From a virus: DNA of 64,000 nt. Made by a program: the position numbers and the translations under genes. This document shows positions 56,801 through 64,000 of the stretch, piece after piece. Under the pieces are notes generated by a model. The model ran no database searches and was not told where the DNA came from. It saw only the letters and a list, made by a program, of their open reading frames with translations. The stretch's first letter is position 1. Every line of letters starts with the position of its first letter. The stretch lies in the IMG/VR virus record IMGVR_UViG_3300042475_004151; one strand, 5' to 3'.

Positions 56801-58744
56801 ATATGAAGTAACATCATCACTGAATCCAGCTAATGTTTGTACATCATAGTTAATTTTCATTTCATTAGATGATGTAGCAAATGCTTTAAATCTAAATTCA
56901 AATCCATCAGGTGCTATATCATTATATCCAGTTCTATTTAAACTTTGAGATAAGAATACCCAAGGTATTTCTACAACACCTTGATCAAATGTATTCATAC
57001 CATAAGTAAATCTATCATATTCATACTCGAATGAGGATGTTACTTTATCTACTCCACCATATTCAATATACCCCATTATTGTATTTGGTATTCCGAATAT
57101 AGTATTTAAATACTGAATAAAACGATTTGTACCTTTTGATTTAAGTAATAAAGGTAAGTTATGATATAAACGTTTATAAATTTCTTTTTGTTGGTCTTGT
57201 CCTGGTATTTGGTACTGGGATGCTGTTACTAATGTTTCAAGAGATCCTGTATTAGGTAAGTAATTACCGTTTTCATCTATACCATACAAATATTTAAATG
57301 CACTTTCTCCATCTTCATCAGTGTAAGTATTAATACCCATTGATTGTAGAGCAAAGTATACTAAGTCTTTAGATATACCTTGGTCTAGAGCATTTTTAGC
57401 TTGATATAAGTCAGATATTGCTTTAATATGAATCCAAACATCATCAAACATTTGTCCTATTGATGCTACAAATTCAAATGCTAATTCATTATTTTCATTT
57501 TCAGCTATATATCCTGGTAAAGTATATAATAAGTAGTTTTGATTATTTTCATCATATATTGATGAAGAATCATAATTACCTGTAAACCAAGAAGCAGCCT
57601 CTGAGGCTGTCACTGATTGTACTATGTAAGGTTTAGTATTGTTTTGTTTAGGCCAAGCTGCTGATTCTGATTGAAAGTATAAATATTGTTCCCAACCATC
57701 AAAACTTTGAACTATTTTATTTATATTGTTTTGATAGTTTTCAGCATCTATGTTTGATGTTGGAGACGCACTAGACGCAGCTGAGGCACTCAATGATGAG
57801 GTTGCTTCAATATTAATTAATTTATATCTAAATCCTTCTAGTCGACGAGCGGCAGAAGAGAAATGAATAAAATCTTCATAATTAGTATAATCAACATTGA
57901 TAGAAAAATTAGAAGCACTTAATTGACCAAGCAGCTGTTGTAATTGAGGAGCGAATTGTCCTGTATAGCTAGTTACTTGATTAAAGTTATAATAAGGTGT
58001 AGGTCCAACTCTTAATTGATCTAAGTCTAAATCAAAGTTAGGTCCACGTAATGTAGGAAAAGTAACAGGAATTGTATCTAATGTTATTTCAACATTAAAC
58101 ACCTGTGGATTAGATATTTCATCAACTATTGATAAAGAACTATTAATATTATATCCAAATTGAGGTAATGGATTTAATAGTTTTATAACTACTGAATATA
58201 TAGAAGTAGATTTATCTAGAGCTATATTAACAAATGGTACTAAATTATTATTACCAAAATTTAAGTAATATTCTTTAAAATAATTTACACTTTGTATTTC
58301 ATTAATAACATCAATAACACCTTGTTCTATTTGATCATTAGTGATATTGTTAGTACTTAATCTAAGTTCAAGTCTATTTGGAGATATTTCTTTTAAGAAA
58401 AATGGTCTATCATTAGTACCAAGTACTACTTTTGGTCTTAAAATATTATATTGAATTCTATAATCACCAAATTGAATACCTAAATTTTTAATATCAATAT
58501 CAGGATTAAATTCTAATTCTTGAATTGAGTAAGTATCAGTTGGTTGAAATAAACCAGGAACTTTATAGTTAGTGAAAGGAATAACAGAATATAAATGTTT
58601 GCCCGCGGGGTCAGACACATGCATTTCAACAAAATCTCCATCTGCTCCAAAATTCCTTACCATGTCTCTTGAAGGGACTAGTACTGAAGCAGATCCAGAT
58701 AGGATATTATTAGAATAGGATAGTTTAGTAACTGTTATTGACAT
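53831..58744 (-). CDS. Large baseplate wedge-like structural protein with a LamG-like segment
   Basis: 1637 aa; LLLKSKGT wedge motif; FSGSFQEFRMW LamG-like motif; PARTNLSTGIVIKPHLLER. Confidence 0.75.
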   Translation of the reverse strand: MSITVTKLSYSNNILSGSASVLVPSRDMVRNFGADGDFVEMHVSDPAGKHLYSVIPFTNYKVPGLFQPTDTYSIQELEFNPDIDIKNLGIQFGDYRIQYNILRPKVVLGTNDRPFFLKEISPNRLELRLSTNNITNDQIEQGVIDVINEIQSVNYFKEYYLNFGNNNLVPFVNIALDKSTSIYSVVIKLLNPLPQFGYNINSSLSIVDEISNPQVFNVEITLDTIPVTFPTLRGPNFDLDLDQLRVGPTPYYNFNQVTSYTGQFAPQLQQLLGQLSASNFSINVDYTNYEDFIHFSSAARRLEGFRYKLINIEATSSLSASAASSASPTSNIDAENYQNNINKIVQSFDGWEQYLYFQSESAAWPKQNNTKPYIVQSVTASEAASWFTGNYDSSSIYDENNQNYLLYTLPGYIAENENNELAFEFVASIGQMFDDVWIHIKAISDLYQAKNALDQGISKDLVYFALQSMGINTYTDEDGESAFKYLYGIDENGNYLPNTGSLETLVTASQYQIPGQDQQKEIYKRLYHNLPLLLKSKGTNRFIQYLNTIFGIPNTIMGYIEYGGVDKVTSSFEYEYDRFTYGMNTFDQGVVEIPWVFLSQSLNRTGYNDIAPDGFEFRFKAFATSSNEMKINYDVQTLAGFSDDVTSYMNLDLIYTQTGSSDSIYSGSTGEFGYISFTINTFNVTSSTVPIFTTGSDGETSWYNLLLQRRYPNRRVGQLNDQQYYDLYVKNNVYGEIGHVASASLYIDGTISSDNEFWYGAVANSKLHLGNVPPLSSPFSGSFQEFRMWSNYISESAFDSHVLNPESIEGNFTTSSFDDLAVRFTLGNNLYTYNHSTTTELYSTHPDQTTQILTASFIDFPNTNAYNSFTETYYADAANSGYANPVTDKVRIVSGSTYGNQLLPYKSIEITPIIPLTKDLHLLDASLSPQDEIDRNIIAQFGSTYNLDDIIGNPATGSYQQLQVLQYDFFKKFDNKYNYKDYIRLISFFHNSLFRTLKDFTPARTNLSTGIVIKPHLLERPVIQRYEPTITHLEYSQSIDTAFISSSNGGDYSQSLYLDTVHSNMGPVTMTSDARDFFTGVFPSSSVIAYSNEFQEDPFLSFNPYNTSSYSESIFRYDYDPLINNVSSSITSSIRHKITYITSGSKLVQVFEPIELQDFTYEYLRHARPRYIGSQVNSDTYNFLTNNDQFFDLDGIGSYGKNAAIDKNTLQFAYFAEATCTGSFQIAMPERSNLYIKYLIDSSSSLTELAQRDYTTITSNQFYNLYQVQNIFKAGEELNISLFNNQIPSLQKTLDGNQFIYSSGYKYYPVLWRVAETDQIYYIPSGSNPLSGVLTVNSYAPSNTAVNYSTRFLSTTTIITGRINYSPAILLPYDVIVTVKIDLDATGGNIFRGDKTETFDVLIPAFGVNGSPNFIGSYRRDVQGRYNIKSGFPRVINVFPAAGTATDFKYKSADDAAYLTVNNIDKSVVSCSLQMTSFYNAGLYFSGSVTQSQQPDVVSTLNIYNSFAPPDYSFTLTPGDVIRFNYTGSNFPTTRFRSVDEYTVLEANTTGSPITFRLDREVNDNITSSVTPYRIERYVFSKKIPDETNIIVEHEKNPGLTSGGVAKNKNLLMSVDDQVGNIVSELKSKIFSTVLTN

Positions 58745-58745
58745 A

Positions 58746-59093
58746 TTATATTAATGTTCCAGGGTTAATTTGAGAAGCTAATAATATTTGATTTTTTAAG
58801 TCGATATTTTCTTCTCTTAATTCAGTAATTTCATTTTGTAGGTCATCTAAAGATACACCTATATATTCTAAACTTCTAGTAGCTAAAGCTAAATGAGAGT
58901 CATCTGATCCTGAAGGTGGTATTTCATAAAATAAAATATCATATTCATTAAAGAATTGAGGAACAGTCATGTCTGGTGAAGCAGATGATGTTGGCTGTCC
59001 TGTTGTTATTAACTCAGAAAAATCTGTATTTATAACATTGTTAAAGCTTTGAAGACCATATATGGTTTTCTGTATCTTAACTTGTTCACTCAT
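58746..59093 (-). CDS. Hypothetical protein with coiled coil (baseplate cluster)
   Basis: Tightly packed ORF; LQNEITELREEN. Confidence 0.7.
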   Translation of the reverse strand: MSEQVKIQKTIYGLQSFNNVINTDFSELITTGQPTSSASPDMTVPQFFNEYDILFYEIPPSGSDDSHLALATRSLEYIGVSLDDLQNEITELREENIDLKNQILLASQINPGTLI

Positions 59094-60208
59094 TATTTAA
59101 CAGTTTGTAACACTTTAAAATAATAATCATCATCATAAATGTAAGTACCACCATCAATAGTAGACTTAATTTGTATTTTATAATAACGATCTGGTTCTAA
59201 TCCATTCATATACATTCTAAAGAAACTACTAGTAGTATCATTACTTAATTTAGTAGCTACATTATCAAATTCAACTATTTTAAGATTTGATTGTAAATCT
59301 ATAACTGAATAATAAGATGCTGTTGGTAGTAATTTATTGTATATATATAATGACTGTTGTGAATATATTCTTTGAGGATATTTTTCTCTAGCATATACTC
59401 TAAACTTTACATATTCATTATCATAAAATATATTCTTGTTATTACCAATAGATATATTTATCTCCTCATTTGGTATATATGGAGTTGAGCCGGAATTAAA
59501 TGTACTATCATCCCATTTAAACTCCAAACATGGAGGATAAATAGTATTAGTGTCTCTAGAGAAGAAATTGAATGTATAAATATAGTTATAATCAAATTCA
59601 AATGATCCTGTACCTGTAGCTGATTCTGATGTGCTATTCAGTATTATGAATCCATTATTTGGTATTACACTAGCTGTGTACCATCCTACAAATCGACTAA
59701 CATTAACATCAATATCTTTAGTTGAAAAATAATCAAAAGATTGAGTTACACTAGATGTGTACCAACTACATCCTCCAGTATTTAAACTATAATATGATGA
59801 AGTAACTCCATTAGGTAAACCACTTACAGTCCAAGCATTGGTTTGATTTGCATTTCTATATTTCCAACTTGCACCATCACTTGTCTCAGGAATGTTATTA
59901 AAACGTCCTGTACCCATATCCCAACTTTGGTATATAGGGTGTATTTCAATATTAAAATTGGCTGGTATTCCATCTACATGGGCATTATATAGCTTAAGTG
60001 AAGCGGTGAAATTAGCGCCTGATTTAGCGACAGCTTCTGCTATGTCATCATTATCAAATTTGATTAGTACACGGCTAGTAGAAGATGAGGGATAGAGATA
60101 TGGAGCATTTTTTGATAAGTCCAATATCGAGTCTATCCCAGCATTTAGAGTTTCGTAGTCTGTATAGATTGTTGTATCCTGTGATGGAAAAATTTTATAA
60201 ACACCCAT
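59093..60208 (-). CDS. Virion structural protein (DNRLRE-like beta domain)
   Basis: QDTTIY, SRVLIKFD, SWDMGTG, NNGFII and FFSRDTNTIYPPCLEFKWDD motifs. Confidence 0.7.
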   Translation of the reverse strand: MGVYKIFPSQDTTIYTDYETLNAGIDSILDLSKNAPYLYPSSSTSRVLIKFDNDDIAEAVAKSGANFTASLKLYNAHVDGIPANFNIEIHPIYQSWDMGTGRFNNIPETSDGASWKYRNANQTNAWTVSGLPNGVTSSYYSLNTGGCSWYTSSVTQSFDYFSTKDIDVNVSRFVGWYTASVIPNNGFIILNSTSESATGTGSFEFDYNYIYTFNFFSRDTNTIYPPCLEFKWDDSTFNSGSTPYIPNEEINISIGNNKNIFYDNEYVKFRVYAREKYPQRIYSQQSLYIYNKLLPTASYYSVIDLQSNLKIVEFDNVATKLSNDTTSSFFRMYMNGLEPDRYYKIQIKSTIDGGTYIYDDDYYFKVLQTVK

Positions 60209-60253
60209 TTATCTTAGTATTATTCTAGTATAAATATGGGCTGTTTATAGAGA

Positions 60254-60856
60254 TTAAGCTAAACAAGCATAGTATTCCTTAAAATGCTTAATACGATCAG
60301 CTAATCCAATAGTACCTCCATTAACACGTTTTGTAATTGTTGTTACAACAGCGTCAGTTGCACCACCATCAGCTAATTTATGTAAACCATTTTTATGAAA
60401 GAACCAACCAGCTGACATTAATGGATATTTTGTAGCTACTAAATCAGGATTTTCAATAATATTTTCTTCAACTACATTATCAAAAGCTTTATAATTATCT
60501 TTTCCAGTTAATTGGATATAACCACGTCCACGAAATTTATATCCTTCACCTGATGCTTTATCACCATTTCCCATACGTGAAGCATAAACAATATTGGCTA
60601 TTTTTTCTGGTTTACGTTCATAAAGTAAAGCCATATCATTTGTTGGGAAATATTTTTTAAATATACTTGTTAAACCCTTAGCACCATAGTTTAAATTTTC
60701 ATTCACTAACTTAAATCCACCTGATTCATGTCCAGCTTGAGCAAGGAAATGAGCTAAACGCAATGGTGTGTTTAACTCAAATTTAACAATTGTATCAGGA
60801 AGTTGAGCGATTACTGTATCTGGAATATGTCCTTTTAATTTTTCTAAGTTCATCAT
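60254..60856 (-). CDS. Endolysin, glycoside hydrolase family 19
   Basis: AHFLAQAGHESGGF, ENLNY, FRGRGYIQLTGKDNY and TKRVNGG..GLADR motifs. Confidence 0.92.
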   Translation of the reverse strand: MMNLEKLKGHIPDTVIAQLPDTIVKFELNTPLRLAHFLAQAGHESGGFKLVNENLNYGAKGLTSIFKKYFPTNDMALLYERKPEKIANIVYASRMGNGDKASGEGYKFRGRGYIQLTGKDNYKAFDNVVEENIIENPDLVATKYPLMSAGWFFHKNGLHKLADGGATDAVVTTITKRVNGGTIGLADRIKHFKEYYACLA

Positions 60857-61041
60857 TTTTTAATTTTAATCTTATAATAAATTTGAATGCATAGCCAAGT
60901 TATAGAAGCTATATAAAACAATCCTGTTATTAAGGGATTAAATACTTGGAAGAAACTATTTAGAGCTGCAAGGCATGTTGTTGTAATACCTAAGGCATTA
61001 GCTTCTGAAGAATTCATCATGGTTGTTATAAATTTAGGCAT
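60853..61041 (-). CDS. Putative holin
   Basis: Small hydrophobic protein with a basic C-terminus, overlapping the endolysin start. Confidence 0.55.
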   Translation of the reverse strand: MPKFITTMMNSSEANALGITTTCLAALNSFFQVFNPLITGLFYIASITWLCIQIYYKIKIKK

Positions 61042-61045
61042 ACTT

Positions 61046-62920
61046 TTAATAAGTTACTATGCGGCCATAAATATCAGACTCTGGGTATCTTACCTCAAAG
61101 ATACATGGATCTATTGAAGGATATACAACTCCTTGTTTTGTTGCTGCCTGTATATCATATCCATATGAAGAATAATTACCCCCTGCTAAATTTTCAATAA
61201 TTACTTTAATAACTGATTGAACACCTTTAATAGCTCCAATTAAGTTATATACATCTGAATATATTATTGGTTGATTTATTTGCCATTTTTGAACATCAAA
61301 ATATTCTTTTAAAGCATTTATACAATTAGTTAATACATCTTGTGAATTATATGCTGGTAGTAATGATATATCAAAATTTACTTTTATATTAACATAATAA
61401 GCATCTTTAATTAATATAGCATCACTCATCATTTTATTGTATGATAAGTATGTTTTTAAGTTTTGTTTAACAACATTAGACGCTCTAGTTAATTTACCTT
61501 CTAAATTATTAGATAGAATATACACTGAAAGTGATAATGGGTTATTGTTGATATAATTTTGTTTATCAGTATCATTTGCTACTAAGTAATCTTGTGTTAC
61601 ATAAGCTTTATTTATATAACCAAACTTAGCGGGCATAGAAAGTGTTCTAATTAAATAATCAGCTTTAGTAACATTTCTATTTTGAGTTGGGAAGTTAGCT
61701 AATGCTTGTAAACGAATTTCTTCAGTTGTTTCACCTGGTCCACCGCCTGATGAAGGAAGAGGATTGTTAAATCTAATTGAACCTTGTACTGTCGCTAGTA
61801 ATGATGGATTTAAATTATAACTGTCAATTGTTGTACTAACAGAATTATTCAAAGCTATATCATCTGAAGGTAGATTAGCAGATGAACCACCACCTACTAA
61901 ATAAGTTACGGTCAAGGTAGTATTTGAAGGTGCTATACCATATTCATTTGTATATTGAAAATTAGATGGATCATAAGCCATAAACATCTTACTAATACCA
62001 TCAACTAAACCTATACCTACATTATCTGGATTTGGAATTATAACTTCATCAGCTGATGAAACTACACCACTACCAAATTCTAACATTAGATTATTATCAT
62101 CATCAAAACGAGTAACAAAGCGTCTTTGTACTTTCTTAACACGAAGTAAAAAACGAGAGTTATCATCTTCAGTATAGTAATTAGGCTCGTTTATAGGTAA
62201 GTTAAGTGACTCATCAAATACTGTATCTTGAGCTAGATAAGGAACTTCATACCATTGATTATTATCACTATCTGTTATACTTATTACTTCAATAATATTA
62301 GCATCATTGATAGTAACAGTTGGAAATTGAATTGGATTACCAAAAGTAAATGTAGTTGATTTAATTTGTCCTGATATTGCTTCTACTGATTTTTTAAGTA
62401 GATAATACTGTGGGTTAGTTGTATTAGTATAGTATTGAAATATATTAATATCTGTTGGATCAAATGATGATGAAAATTTAAAATCAACAACATCTTGAGT
62501 TAAAAAAGTTATACTTGGATTTGATATAGATTTAATTGTAGAGTTTTCACCTACTCTCATAGTATATCTAAAATCAGGATTATAATTAGGAGAACCATCT
62601 GATGGTATCAGTTGATAAACATCTAATTGAACAGAAGCAGCTGAAGTTATTTTAGGTCTATAACCTAAAGCATAAGCTAAAGCTATAATATTTTTTCTCT
62701 CTTGAGCGTATAGTAATAATGTTTCTTGTAACTGATTATCTGTATAGAAGGATAATACATCACCAACATAAGCAGCCATCTCAATGAACATATTTCCAGG
62801 AGCAGATGGACTAAAATCCATATAGCTATTTTGGAAGTAAGTTCTAGCATAGTTGATTAGATCTTGCTTTAATGTTGTAAAGTCTTTATTGTAATATTTT
62901 ATATCAGGTACGTTTGCCAT
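61046..62920 (-). CDS. gp6: Baseplate wedge subunit (T4 gp6-like)
   Basis: DFS.S.PGNMFIEMAAYVGDVLSFY, ALGYRPK, FGSG and QNRNVTKADY motifs. Confidence 0.9.
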   Translation of the reverse strand: MANVPDIKYYNKDFTTLKQDLINYARTYFQNSYMDFSPSAPGNMFIEMAAYVGDVLSFYTDNQLQETLLLYAQERKNIIALAYALGYRPKITSAASVQLDVYQLIPSDGSPNYNPDFRYTMRVGENSTIKSISNPSITFLTQDVVDFKFSSSFDPTDINIFQYYTNTTNPQYYLLKKSVEAISGQIKSTTFTFGNPIQFPTVTINDANIIEVISITDSDNNQWYEVPYLAQDTVFDESLNLPINEPNYYTEDDNSRFLLRVKKVQRRFVTRFDDDNNLMLEFGSGVVSSADEVIIPNPDNVGIGLVDGISKMFMAYDPSNFQYTNEYGIAPSNTTLTVTYLVGGGSSANLPSDDIALNNSVSTTIDSYNLNPSLLATVQGSIRFNNPLPSSGGGPGETTEEIRLQALANFPTQNRNVTKADYLIRTLSMPAKFGYINKAYVTQDYLVANDTDKQNYINNNPLSLSVYILSNNLEGKLTRASNVVKQNLKTYLSYNKMMSDAILIKDAYYVNIKVNFDISLLPAYNSQDVLTNCINALKEYFDVQKWQINQPIIYSDVYNLIGAIKGVQSVIKVIIENLAGGNYSSYGYDIQAATKQGVVYPSIDPCIFEVRYPESDIYGRIVTY

Positions 62921-62922
62921 TA

Positions 62923-63342
62923 TTATTTAGTTAAGTCTTGTGTTGAAACATTTATCACCAACTCATCATCTTGGTTATTTATAGAATAATTTAATACTAT
63001 GTTAATTACATTCTCGTCTGAGAATGGTTTTACAATTATGTCTCTAATAATGATGTTAGGAACATAAGCGTATATTTCTGTTTCTAATCTAGCAGCTACA
63101 CTATCAAAAGATGTATCTGGTTCGAATAAGGTAGCTCTTAAATCACCCCCAAATTCAGGATCAAATAAACGTTCTCCTTTATTTGTTAGTATATAGTTTA
63201 TTAAATTAGATTTAACTTGTTCTTTAGTAGTGAATGTTTGGTTAAACACACTAGTATCATTGTTAAATAAAACATTAATGCCTATACCTCTAGCTTGTCC
63301 TATATCTAAAGGATTGAGTCTATATGTTGGTCTTTTTAACAT
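62923..63342 (-). CDS. gp25: Baseplate wedge subunit (gp25-like)
   Basis: NLINYILTNKGERLFDPEFGGDL..LFE. Confidence 0.9.
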   Translation of the reverse strand: MLKRPTYRLNPLDIGQARGIGINVLFNNDTSVFNQTFTTKEQVKSNLINYILTNKGERLFDPEFGGDLRATLFEPDTSFDSVAARLETEIYAYVPNIIIRDIIVKPFSDENVINIVLNYSINNQDDELVINVSTQDLTK

Positions 63343-63806
63343 TATATTTGTCCTTGTTGTTTCATTTTACTCATTAAACCACTAAAATCAGGTACTACAT
63401 CAATTTTAACAGCATTAATATCTCCTGCTGGTCTAGTACTAGCTAACATTTGATCTACACTTCCTACTACTGTAGGTTCACTCATTGCTGCTCCTCCATT
63501 AAAACCTTGAGCCATATGTGATTGACCATCAATAGCTGTTCTCCATTCACCACCTTGTGCAGTTTCATTTAAAATATCATTTAACACATTATTGTTAGTA
63601 AATGAAGTTGGTTTAAGAGGTTGTGTTGGTCTTGTTGATCTAATTGAATCAACCATTGAATTTTTTACAGAAGATTGTTTAGTCTCTACTACAGTTTGTT
63701 TAGGTACTGGTGTTTCAAGTAATAATCCTAATTCTTCTCTTACTACTTGTTGTACTTCTTCCCGTACAACCTTACGTAATAATTTAATAAATGTGTCTGC
63801 TTTCAT
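63342..63806 (-). CDS. Hypothetical protein with a class C-like leader
   Basis: MKADTFIKLLRKVVREEV; LNDILNETA. Confidence 0.7.
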   Translation of the reverse strand: MKADTFIKLLRKVVREEVQQVVREELGLLLETPVPKQTVVETKQSSVKNSMVDSIRSTRPTQPLKPTSFTNNNVLNDILNETAQGGEWRTAIDGQSHMAQGFNGGAAMSEPTVVGSVDQMLASTRPAGDINAVKIDVVPDFSGLMSKMKQQGQI

Positions 63807-63822
63807 AGTTATAAATATTTTA

Positions 63823-63999
63823 TTATCCTAATATTTGTTTAAGTTCATCAATTAATTCATCAGCCCTGCGAAGTTTACTAGGAGCTGTTTGAGTTATTTT
63901 CATCATACTGAATTTATCATACGCTACAGCCTGTAATGCGCCTGATGGTGTTGTTGTTACTTTAATAATATATTGTTTTTCTCCGTTACTGTATTCAGC
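63823..63999 (-). CDS. C-terminal fragment of a gene entering from the right edge
   Basis: Manual translation ...AEYSNGEKQYIIKV...ADELIDELKQILG*. Confidence 0.65.
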   Translation of the reverse strand, partial: AEYSNGEKQYIIKVTTTPSGALQAVAYDKFSMMKITQTAPSKLRRADELIDELKQILG

Positions 64000-64000
64000 T

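Larger units (their letters stand above)
5553..63817 (-). promoter_or_regulatory. Dispersed putative late-promoter motif, sense ATATTTAT(A), at least 18 intergenic sites
   Basis: Plus-strand (T)ATAAATAT near 5553, 6876, 12179, 12891, 13577, 16597, 18999, 22351, 24272, 25875, 27629, 28181, 30669, 36673, 40812, 42393, 53821, 60229 and 63810, each upstream of a minus-strand start codon. Confidence 0.75.

Noticed and set aside
3687-63831. Remaining short plus-strand ORFs and nested 6479-6679
   Set aside because: All lie inside well-supported minus-strand genes and have no recognisable motifs.
1-64000. Stop-codon reassignment, as in some large Bacteroidota phages
   Set aside because: Core genes are full length in the standard code, and TAA, TAG and TGA all occur as genuine gene ends.

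Overview
A 64-kb, strongly AT-rich piece of a large T4-like myovirus genome, read with the standard genetic code. Essentially every real gene is on the minus strand; the plus-strand ORFs in the track are antisense shadows. The host is probably Bacteroidota: TAnnTTT(G/A)-type promoters, AT-rich initiation regions mostly without an SD, and a Bacteroidota-type TonB receptor/lipoprotein pair. Reading right to left: baseplate genes (gp25, gp6-like) with embedded holin/GH19 endolysin; baseplate/fibre-anchor genes; GIY-YIG nuclease, primase and PD-(D/E)XK exonuclease; TonB-dependent receptor plus lipoprotein; a small early-gene array; about 15 kb of small hypothetical genes; terminase (gp17), portal (gp20), more hypotheticals, prohead protease (gp21), scaffold (gp22), major capsid (gp23); phoH; neck/tail-completion genes; tail fibres; and a >1,159-aa Ser/Thr/Pro-repeat protein missed by the ORF track. 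Main candidate system: about 18 unrelated hypothetical proteins around the head genes carry five recurring classes of short N-terminal leader ending in [ILMV]-x-E, the T4 gp21-type cleavage motif. One class copies the scaffold's own C-terminal RMQQLAGI peptide. This suggests a large capsid-targeting and cargo-loading system with protease-processed polyproteins. Other highlights: a strictly alternating (Ser/Thr)-X repeat grafted onto six virion proteins; tail-fibre genes that appear to split one domain across consecutive genes; a putative late-promoter motif that is the reverse complement of the T4 late promoter; and structured RNA leaders. All family assignments come from motif recognition, not database searches.
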